Sequence record: LC819007.1
Reading direction: 5' to 3' (one strand)
DNA: 64,000 bases
Shown here: in pieces, positions 56,664-64,000 of the stretch
Layout: every line of letters begins with the position of its first letter
Numbering within the stretch: position 1 is the stretch's first letter
Program-made: the position numbers and the translations under genes
The notes under the pieces: model-generated
What the model saw: the letters and a program-made list of their open reading frames with translations, nothing else
Database searches by the model: none
What the model was told of the DNA's origin: nothing

Positions 56664-57429
56664 ACTGAGTTGTTGCAGTTGCTTCCTTACGGGCGAAATA
56701 CACGTGATGCGCTGTTTCCGTCGGATTGCGATCCTTGATGCTCGCTACCATCCGTACCAGAATCTGCGGCGCTGTCGACATGTTCTTGCCAGCATTCTCC
56801 GATACATCGATCACAAACGACAAGACCGTGCGGATCGAGCCTGTCGTCGTACGTTGACGGCAGTGATCAATCAGGTATTTGTTGTTGTGGTCCATGCAGT
56901 GGTAGATGTACAGCGCCAACTGCTCCAAGCTGTCGTTCATACACGCCCAGCCGTCTTGCGCCATGACTTCAACCATCTCCTTGGTGAGCATGCTGATCGC
57001 GTTGTGATCCAGGTCGATCTTCTTCAACTCATGCCAGCGGTTCTTGTCGTAGCCGCAGATACTGCTCACCGTGCGTAGCCCCGTTTCGCCTTCTGGTCCG
57101 TAGAACACCGTAGTGATCAGGTTCAATCGCACCGGGCCCTTGCGTACGTTAGAAAGCCGTCGCATCTGGTTCAGGATCGCGATGATCGAGCTTTCACGAT
57201 CCTGAGGCTCAGCAAGCGCAGACACGTACGACGTCAGATCCGTAAAGGGGATGGGTTGCGTGGCAACTTCTTCTTCCTCCGAAGCAGGCTCTTTCAGAAC
57301 CGGTTCTTTAGCTTTACTCTTCTCGGGCAATGGTTGTGCACGATCGGGTAGGATGTAACCTGCCAGGAACAGGAACATGTAGCCAAAGAACAGGCGGACG
57401 TAATGGACTACGAGCTTGAGGGCTTTCAT
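56662..57429 (-). CDS. membrane-anchored hypothetical protein
   Basis: 255 aa; N-terminal hydrophobic helix. Confidence 0.6.
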   Translation of the reverse strand: MKALKLVVHYVRLFFGYMFLFLAGYILPDRAQPLPEKSKAKEPVLKEPASEEEEVATQPIPFTDLTSYVSALAEPQDRESSIIAILNQMRRLSNVRKGPVRLNLITTVFYGPEGETGLRTVSSICGYDKNRWHELKKIDLDHNAISMLTKEMVEVMAQDGWACMNDSLEQLALYIYHCMDHNNKYLIDHCRQRTTTGSIRTVLSFVIDVSENAGKNMSTAPQILVRMVASIKDRNPTETAHHVYFARKEATATTQ

Positions 57430-58385
57430 TTTCCTCCTTCGAGCAACATGTCGGCGAAGTAGTGATTCAACCTATTCGCGTGTTGGAGATAGACGTCGAT
57501 GCTACGATCCATCGGCGACGCCTTGATCGGGCGCTTCAGGATCTGCGGCACGAGCCGGTCGATCACTTCGATGATCTTGCCGTGCCAGTAGACGTGGCCC
57601 CGCTTGAACAATCCGTCATGCAGATGCGGGATCAGATTGCGTGCCATGAATCTGACATCGCAGTCGAGCGCCACTTCGTCGATATAGCCTTCCATCAACT
57701 CAGACAACGAAAGCGTGTTGCTGTAAAGCAGTTCTCGCGCGTAGCGATTGCTGGTGGCTGCCCATGCCAGAAACAGCCGATAAAGGCCATCCGTGATTTC
57801 CGAATGCTTTGGCGCTTCCTGCACCACACCAGCCTTGACGTCCTTCAACTGCAACATCACTCGCTTGGCACGACTCGCGCAGCTATGACGCAACTTCTCC
57901 GGATCGTAGGTGGCCTTGGCGAACTCGCCGATCATCATGAACAGCGCGTCCAGGTCACCGCCGATCTTCAACACTCGGTTGTCGTGAGCGATGCGGAAAT
58001 CCAGATTGCCCTTGCCGATCTCCTGCGTCCAGTGATCTAGACTTACGAAGTTCAGCTGCACTTCACGCGTCTCCAGCACAGTGTGGTCTTTTTCCCGACT
58101 GACCACCGTGAGCGTTACCTGAGGCGGCATTGCGTCTTCGCGCGCCACCTGTTTCGTATCCACGTTCAGGAGTTTGGCGTACTGCGACACCGGCCCGACG
58201 TAGATGACGTAGAAATCGAGATCCGATTCTTCACTTGCACAGCCCTTGGCTTGTGAGCCAAAAAGACCGGCATAAAGCGGTCGGATGTTGTGCTGCACCG
58301 CGAACTCATCGATGAAGGTTTTGACATTCGGCAGCAGTCGTTTGCCAAACTTCTCGTCGAACATTCCCCGTGTAAACGTGGCCAT
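57426..58385 (-). CDS. nucleotidyltransferase (RlaP/YcgL-like, Pol-beta superfamily)
   Basis: LFGSQAKGCASEESDLDFYVIY (GS...DxD). Confidence 0.75.
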   Translation of the reverse strand: MATFTRGMFDEKFGKRLLPNVKTFIDEFAVQHNIRPLYAGLFGSQAKGCASEESDLDFYVIYVGPVSQYAKLLNVDTKQVAREDAMPPQVTLTVVSREKDHTVLETREVQLNFVSLDHWTQEIGKGNLDFRIAHDNRVLKIGGDLDALFMMIGEFAKATYDPEKLRHSCASRAKRVMLQLKDVKAGVVQEAPKHSEITDGLYRLFLAWAATSNRYARELLYSNTLSLSELMEGYIDEVALDCDVRFMARNLIPHLHDGLFKRGHVYWHGKIIEVIDRLVPQILKRPIKASPMDRSIDVYLQHANRLNHYFADMLLEGGK

Positions 58386-58443
58386 ACTTTCCTCTGTATT
58401 GTTCAAATGGTACTGCGGGCCATCCGAAGATGGCCCTTGCCGC

Positions 58444-59385
58444 TTATGCCGCGAGCAGTTCTTGCTTGTTGGTGTTGATCAGTTTGCCTTGACCCGAACG
58501 ATCGTCTTCGTGGTCGATCAGTTCCGAATAGAGGTCGATCATCTCGCGCGTTTCTTCACGCGTGTTCGGATACTGCTGCGGATTGGCGCGCAGATAGGTC
58601 GTGGCTTCCTTGAGCACCGCAACCGAGAACGCTTTCAACAGCGATTCGGATTCGCTCGGAATACCTGTCGGCATATCGAACGGACTGCGTTCGGTGCGAG
58701 CACGGATGACGCCGGTGACTTCCTTGCGGAAACCACTCGGGAAATCCGCTTCCCACTTGCCGCGGTTCATTTCGATCAGTTCCTGGATCGTGCGGCAGTG
58801 TTGCTTATCGCCATCCAGGTACGCGAGCAGACGATGCGCCGACCACAGCGTGCCAAGGAACGTGCGTTCTTGCTTGTACTCGCGCCCGTGCGATTCGATC
58901 TGCTGGAGCGTGCGCAGGTTGTTCGTCATGTGCTCGCCACAGCGGTGCACCAGATTCGAGACGCTGAAGTAATCCTGGGCGACCGAGTCGAACAGGAACT
59001 TCACGTGCGCGTTTTCCTTGGCGAAGCATTCGTACGCCATCAGCGAGAACGTGCTTGCGTTCATAATCCCGCGCAACAGCGAGCGCATATCCAGCAACGA
59101 CACCATGATCTGCCAACCAAGCTCACGCGACATCTGCGTGGAGAGCTTGGCGAGTTTCTCACGACGGTCATCCAACGTGCCTTCGAAGATCGGCGCATTG
59201 GACATGTTGATGTAGTCCGAGACGGGACGGTTCAGCAGGAAGCAGATGTCCGTGTCGGAGTTGGGGTCATTGAATCCCCGGAGAATCGATCCGTGAATTG
59301 CAGATGCCGTCACTTCCAGCCCCAAGTGACGGGATACCAGCGCCGTAGCTTCAGCGAGACGCTGCTTTTTGATTTGTTCGTGCAT
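58444..59385 (-). CDS. nucleotidyltransferase (RlaP/YcgL-like, Pol-beta superfamily)
   Basis: IHGSILRGFNDPNSDTDICFLL, followed by SLLDMRSLLRGIMNAS. Confidence 0.75.
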   Translation of the reverse strand: MHEQIKKQRLAEATALVSRHLGLEVTASAIHGSILRGFNDPNSDTDICFLLNRPVSDYINMSNAPIFEGTLDDRREKLAKLSTQMSRELGWQIMVSLLDMRSLLRGIMNASTFSLMAYECFAKENAHVKFLFDSVAQDYFSVSNLVHRCGEHMTNNLRTLQQIESHGREYKQERTFLGTLWSAHRLLAYLDGDKQHCRTIQELIEMNRGKWEADFPSGFRKEVTGVIRARTERSPFDMPTGIPSESESLLKAFSVAVLKEATTYLRANPQQYPNTREETREMIDLYSELIDHEDDRSGQGKLINTNKQELLAA

Positions 59386-59435
59386 TTTGGTGTCCTCGAT
59401 GTGGTAAATTGGCAATAGACCTAGATCCATTCTCA

Positions 59436-59448
59436 GTAGTGATATGTG
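59436..59448 (-). promoter_or_regulatory. putative early promoter CACATATCACTAC
   Basis: Motif copy with upstream TTTCAG, about 50 nt before the NTase pair. Confidence 0.6.
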
Positions 59449-59539
59449 CCTGAAACTAAGTCCAGATCACCTATCCAAGCCATTTGCTCACAGTAAGGAC
59501 ACCCGACTGTATTTTCTAATTGCTTACAACTATCCTTGT

Positions 59540-59947
59540 TCAGAAGTAAATCTGAACGGTGTGCGCCGCCGCTTCACGATGCATCGTATCCGTGTTGTGC
59601 AGGCGCATAGAGACGACGCCGTGGCAACCCTTAGCGTTGTCCTTCGCCCACTGGCTCGTGACCTTCTCGAAGCCCGCATACGTGCAGAACCACAAACGTT
59701 CGTCAGTGCCTCGTACGGTCTTGATCAGACCCTTGGTGTAAAAGTCTTCGGAGGTCACGACGTCGAAGATGTCACTTACCTCGTCACTCATCGCCGGATT
59801 CGTGTCGCCCCAGTAGGCCAACAGAATTGCCGTGATCAGACGCATGTTATCGCGCAGTTCCGCTTGGGAGCCCGCGTAGCCCACGCCGTGTAACAGCGCG
59901 CGGGTGTAGATCTTGTTGTTTGGTGTTACCAGATGCAGAAAAGCCAT
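59540..59947 (-). CDS. hypothetical protein
   Basis: 135 aa. Confidence 0.55.
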   Translation of the reverse strand: MAFLHLVTPNNKIYTRALLHGVGYAGSQAELRDNMRLITAILLAYWGDTNPAMSDEVSDIFDVVTSEDFYTKGLIKTVRGTDERLWFCTYAGFEKVTSQWAKDNAKGCHGVVSMRLHNTDTMHREAAAHTVQIYF

Positions 59948-59977
59948 GGAAATCCCCGATGATTGACTTAGGTCAAT

Positions 59978-60409
59978 TCATGGGCGATCTTTGTAATTCT
60001 CCACTTCCCACGGTCGCCAGCAACGCACTCCCTGAGAACGTTTGTATTCCATGTCTGTGCGACGCTTTATTTCTTTCAGACAGATCGCTCGTACGCGCTG
60101 TGGAGTTATATCCAGCACTTCGGCTATAGCTCGGTAGTTGTAACCACGCACATTGTGCTGAACCAAGATATGGCCGAACAGCTGCGCGATATAATGCACA
60201 CGCTTTTGCAAGGCGATTTCGTGTCTGAGCTCCATCATTTCGTTACGAGTATCGACGATCCAGTCTTTCTGCGCTTTAGTGAGCAGGTGCGCTAGATCGT
60301 TCTCTACGTGTAACAGCTTAGTCATGAACTCATCGTATTTTGCTAGATGATACTTCCGTCGTTCACGTAGTTGTTCGAATGACATCGGCAGAGGGGTGGC
60401 GTCCATCAT
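59978..60409 (-). CDS. coiled-coil protein with C-terminal HTH (sigma region 4-like)
   Basis: GYNYRAIAEVLDITPQRVRAI. Confidence 0.55.
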   Translation of the reverse strand: MMDATPLPMSFEQLRERRKYHLAKYDEFMTKLLHVENDLAHLLTKAQKDWIVDTRNEMMELRHEIALQKRVHYIAQLFGHILVQHNVRGYNYRAIAEVLDITPQRVRAICLKEIKRRTDMEYKRSQGVRCWRPWEVENYKDRP

Positions 60410-60496
60410 GTCTCCTAAATTGGGGGTGTGATAAATAACCCTCGGAGTAAGAAGTTGACAGCATAAAAGCCGGTTTCCCGGCTCCGATGCTTTATC

Positions 60497-60566
60497 TGCG
60501 TAGGATGGGAATCGAACCCACTCTTTCGGGTCGTAACCGACGTTATGCCAATCTACTACCTAACGC
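60497..60566 (-). tRNA. tRNA-Arg(ACG), atypical, no encoded CCA
   Basis: Acceptor GCGU(U)AGG/CCUACGC, anticodon arm UCGG-UUACGAC-CCGA, T-arm GUGGG-UUCGAUU-CCCAU; followed by terminator 60459-60490. Confidence 0.65.
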
Positions 60567-60696
60567 AGCCCAACGGACGTTACCGGCATTTCCAACCCCG
60601 AGCTGATACTGAGACCCTAGGTTAAGAAAGTAACTAGCAGCGGAATTACTGCTACAAAATGCAATAACCGTGTATTAAAACAAAAAAATAAAGAAT

Positions 60697-60733
60697 GGCA
60701 TAAAAGAGGGAGGCGCTGGCCTCCCTCTTTATT
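60697..60733 (-). terminator. hairpin terminator
   Basis: ggcataaaagagggaggc-gctg-gcctccctcttt. Confidence 0.75.
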
Positions 60734-61088
60734 ACCAATAGCGGTTACCCGCGCCGTACGGCTTTGCGCTCGCCAGCACTTCGTACTCGGGATTGCGTGT
60801 GTAACGCAGAATCTCACGAGCCGTGCGCTGGCGCAGACGCTTCTCTTCCTGGTTACGATAACCCCAGGGGATGCTGGCGTGCAGATGGTCTTTTGTCAGG
60901 CAGTCGCCGCGCTTCTTGCGAAGCTTAGCATATTCAACCTTCGTGAGCATCTGCTTGGCCGCTTTCCAGCCACCTGAGGCGACTGGAATCCACCAGAGAT
61001 CGTAGAGATAACCTCCTTCCACTGGACGGGAGTTATCGATGCAGTATTCAAGCGTACGGCTGGGGTTGTTGCGATAGGTGCGTGACAT
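60732..61088 (-). CDS. basic hypothetical protein (MSRTYR N-terminus)
   Basis: 118 aa, Arg/Lys-rich. Confidence 0.6.
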   Translation of the reverse strand: MSRTYRNNPSRTLEYCIDNSRPVEGGYLYDLWWIPVASGGWKAAKQMLTKVEYAKLRKKRGDCLTKDHLHASIPWGYRNQEEKRLRQRTAREILRYTRNPEYEVLASAKPYGAGNRYW

Positions 61089-61180
61089 GCTTCTCTCCGA
61101 TTATTGGACACAATCGGGAAGTAGCGTGCCAGCGCGTGGCGATATAGTGGGTCATGAGAAAGTTCCAGTGAGCTACACTA

Positions 61181-61846
61181 TTACAGGTCGTGCAGCGTGA
61201 CGATCAGCTCTTGATACTGATCACGCGCCCAGGTGATGAGCATGGATTGTTGCGCATTCGACGTCTGCAGTTCTTCGCGGAAATCGACACCGCTGGCGTC
61301 GCCATCCAGGAAACCGGCCATCGCATTGGAAAACGACGTGGTGGTGCAGCCCAACCACTGACAGAGGCAGAACAGCCAGTAGCATTCGCCAACCGTGTAG
61401 TGCAGCCCTTCCTTGCTGTTGAAGGAGCGATGGAAGTTGGCTGCGTGACGCAGGGTCGGCGTACGCTGATAGCGAGGGAACACGTCCTTGCGCAGGTACT
61501 CGGCGAGCAAGTAGCGGTCGAAGTCGGGATCGTTGGAGACGATCAGCCGCAGAACTTCGTTGGAGCCCATGTACAGGTCCGAGGCCAGCAGAGCCGGCAC
61601 GCAAACGAGATAGCGCGTGGCCTTGACATTCGCGGCGAGCTTGTCGAACATTTCGTTGATCCCGGTGTGCAGGACACTCCGGGTGTGTTCGATTTGTTGC
61701 TTCTCGCGGCGGTCTTCTTCGGACAGTCCGTCCCAGCGCGTGTCGCGCCGCGGGCCAGGCGAGCCCTTTCGAAGGCTTTCCTGAATTTCTTCTTCGAACT
61801 TAGCGACGAGTTCTTTGCTCTTTTCCTGCGTGGCGATAATGCTCAT
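61181..61846 (-). CDS. hypothetical protein
   Basis: 221 aa; RBS aaggag. Confidence 0.65.
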   Translation of the reverse strand: MSIIATQEKSKELVAKFEEEIQESLRKGSPGPRRDTRWDGLSEEDRREKQQIEHTRSVLHTGINEMFDKLAANVKATRYLVCVPALLASDLYMGSNEVLRLIVSNDPDFDRYLLAEYLRKDVFPRYQRTPTLRHAANFHRSFNSKEGLHYTVGECYWLFCLCQWLGCTTTSFSNAMAGFLDGDASGVDFREELQTSNAQQSMLITWARDQYQELIVTLHDL

Positions 61847-61923
61847 GGTAAGACTCCTTGTGGTGAAGGTGGTTGTGGATTAAGGGCATAAGGGCCCAGA
61901 GCCGAAGCCCTGGGCAGACAACT

Positions 61924-62289
61924 TTACAGGAATACCAGAAACACATGCACGGCATCGTGTTCCTTGTCGAGCAGTGTGATCACCAACTCGTGCGTGGCCA
62001 GCGGAAACTGCTCTTTTGCCCACACGCTCGTGATTTCACGCAGACCAAAGCGGCCGAAGGTCCAGCGCTGCTCCGGCTCCCACGCTTCGGGGATGTGCAT
62101 CGCTTCGCTTGCGATCGGAGCATCAATAACGCCCTCGTCGTTCAGCAATGCCATCGACGCCAGTGTCGTGTGCAGGAAATGCGGCATCACGCCGACATAG
62201 TCGGTATCGGCGTTTTTGATAAAATCTGCGACCAGCTCTACCGTCTCGTCATCGATGACCTTTCGCAGGTCGATCACTTTGATGCTCAT
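61924..62289 (-). CDS. hypothetical protein
   Basis: Start MSIKVI with RBS ggag. Confidence 0.6.
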   Translation of the reverse strand: MSIKVIDLRKVIDDETVELVADFIKNADTDYVGVMPHFLHTTLASMALLNDEGVIDAPIASEAMHIPEAWEPEQRWTFGRFGLREITSVWAKEQFPLATHELVITLLDKEHDAVHVFLVFL

Positions 62290-62378
62290 AACTACTCCAG
62301 GGTTAGATTGAGGGATTGCTACAAATAGTCCGGTACGGTAAAAAGACAGCATAAGAGGCGGGTTTCCCCGCCCCTCAT

Positions 62379-62957
62379 TTAAGCCGCCATGGCTTCGTAG
62401 CTGTATTCCAGCGTCATGCTCAGGACCGGTTTGCCAGCCACCATAAAGGCGACGTGCATACCGGCTTGCGTCGGGGTGAACTTGACGTGATGCGGCGTGG
62501 TCGAATCTTTCGGTTTGGCGGAAGTCCGCATCGCCTTGAACCCTTCGACCGCGTAGTGCGAGAACCGGGGATTGGCCATCAGTACTTCGTGGGCCTTACA
62601 CCACTCCACGCTCTTGCCCAGCATCGAGAGATCGTGTTTGCGCGGCGGAACCTTGTCTTTCACGACGTCCGTGTAGACTGCCACGCTCTCACCACGCTCA
62701 GAGAGCTTCACCTGTTCGAAGACCCGAGCATCAACCTTCGAATGGAACGTCACGATCAGGAGATCACCCTCACCATGCGTGCGAATGAACGAACCGGTAT
62801 TCTTACCAGCGCGCACCCACAGACGATCGAGCGCTTCCCACAGCGCTCGCATCACCAGTCCGTTATCGAACTCGTGATCAAACCCCAGATCCCGCAAGGC
62901 GTACATAAACGCCATCACATCGTCAAACGACTTCCCGGCAATGGTCTTGATCTTCAT
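62379..62957 (-). CDS. hypothetical protein
   Basis: 192 aa. Confidence 0.6.
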   Translation of the reverse strand: MKIKTIAGKSFDDVMAFMYALRDLGFDHEFDNGLVMRALWEALDRLWVRAGKNTGSFIRTHGEGDLLIVTFHSKVDARVFEQVKLSERGESVAVYTDVVKDKVPPRKHDLSMLGKSVEWCKAHEVLMANPRFSHYAVEGFKAMRTSAKPKDSTTPHHVKFTPTQAGMHVAFMVAGKPVLSMTLEYSYEAMAA

Positions 62958-62986
62958 GGCGGCTCATTCTAAAGTGACTGCGTTAG

Positions 62987-63652
62987 TTATCCCCAAGGAT
63001 GCCAGTTAGCGTCCTTGTCTGCTTTTTCTTCTGCGATCAGCTTGTCCAGCTCTGCCACGGTCCAGGGCAGTTCGTAGTCTGGACTGAGGCGACGGCGTGT
63101 CAACGGATTGAACACGCCCTTGGCCTTCAGTGCATGAGTCTCTTCCGAGTATTTCATCATGCCCGGATGACGACAGTCGGTCACACAGCCGTAGCTGTGG
63201 TCGTAGCCGAAACCTTCACGACGTGTGAAGCCATCGAAACCTTCAGAACCGTGGTAATAGATAAGCCATTCACGACCCATTCCTTCACTGATCGTGCGCA
63301 TCAGGATGTCGCCGGGCGCGACCACCAGGTGTTGGTACAGACCTGAACACAACATCATGAAGATCATTTCATCGGCGTGCTTGCAGCTGGCACGGCTCTC
63401 GTACTGGATACAGTCGTCGAGTTCTTCCTTCACCCGCCATTCGTACGTTTCGAAATACGCTGATGAGCTCTGCAACATGCTTTCCAGCCGACTGATAGCC
63501 ATCAGGTAGAAGTTCGCTGCATTCGGAATCGGCGGTGCGGTCACGCGTGGTGCGTTATTGATCGCGTATGCCGAATCTAGGAATGCGAAGACTTCAGCCG
63601 GTGCGTCTTTCTTGACTTTCAGTCGAGACGCTACCGCAGTGTAATTGGCCAT
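62987..63652 (-). CDS. hypothetical protein
   Basis: 221 aa; RBS aagga. Confidence 0.65.
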   Translation of the reverse strand: MANYTAVASRLKVKKDAPAEVFAFLDSAYAINNAPRVTAPPIPNAANFYLMAISRLESMLQSSSAYFETYEWRVKEELDDCIQYESRASCKHADEMIFMMLCSGLYQHLVVAPGDILMRTISEGMGREWLIYYHGSEGFDGFTRREGFGYDHSYGCVTDCRHPGMMKYSEETHALKAKGVFNPLTRRRLSPDYELPWTVAELDKLIAEEKADKDANWHPWG

Positions 63653-63661
63653 AATGGTTCC

Positions 63662-64000
63662 TTATGCCGCCTGATCGATTCGATCCAGCAGCTTGGTGCT
63701 CCAGGGAGGCACGAAAGCGTCAGCAGACGCCTTGCGCGAAGTCCGGCTGATCGCACCCACCAGGATCTTGGCTTTCATGTCCTGCGGGTACGTGAACCGG
63801 GTCGGATGTCGATCGTCATCGAGCACTTCCGTAAAGCCCCGAAGGGTGCAGTTGTACTCGAATCCGATTGTTTCGGTAAAGCGGCGTCGACGGCCGTCGT
63901 AACACAGCGCGATCTCTCGCACGCTCGTGGTATAGAGCTTACGGGCGACGATGTCTCCGTCGTTCACAATCAGCCACGGTTGAATGGACCGCAGCAGCAT
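63662..64000 (-). CDS. hypothetical protein, probably 5'-truncated by the window edge
   Basis: Open frame reaching the right edge. Confidence 0.5.
   Translation of the reverse strand: MLLRSIQPWLIVNDGDIVARKLYTTSVREIALCYDGRRRRFTETIGFEYNCTLRGFTEVLDDDRHPTRFTYPQDMKAKILVGAISRTSRKASADAFVPPWSTKLLDRIDQAA

Noticed and set aside
56662-57429. QueD/T-fold resemblance (LEQLALYIY)
   Set aside because: Single short motif with no His/Cys catalytic residues in the right spacing
60570-60695. Possible second tRNA or RNA upstream of tRNA-Arg
   Set aside because: Only one hairpin (tagcag/ctgcta) and no T-loop or anticodon arm; treated as precursor leader

Overview
The whole window looks like a segment of a phiKZ-like (Chimalliviridae-type) jumbo phage genome; GC-rich codon usage and an SspB gene point to a proteobacterial host, which is inference. 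About 1-43.6 kb is the conserved core. It holds a C-terminal beta fragment of the virion RNAP (gp149-like), UvsX/RecA, RNase H, a central spike, SbcC, two repeat-rich tail fibres with a gp38-like adhesin, a CYTH protein, a holin/spanin cassette, RuvC, portal, an N-terminal beta fragment of the non-virion RNAP (gp123-like), the major capsid protein and DnaB. About 43.6-64 kb is an accessory, probably early region of mostly minus-strand small genes. It holds SspB, an HNH endonuclease, three nucleotidyltransferases, a catalytically degenerate alarmone-hydrolase-like HD protein, a LamG lectin, an atypical CCA-less tRNA-Arg(ACG) and many ORFans. The strongest unexplained signals are a ~570-nt densely base-paired non-coding element at 50.86-51.44 kb, a promoter-short RNA-terminator unit at 56.47-56.59 kb, about 20 terminator hairpins sharing a (T)TATGCCG arm, and the cluster of RNA-end and nucleotide-handling enzymes. 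All family assignments come from remembered motifs and synteny; no searches were run.
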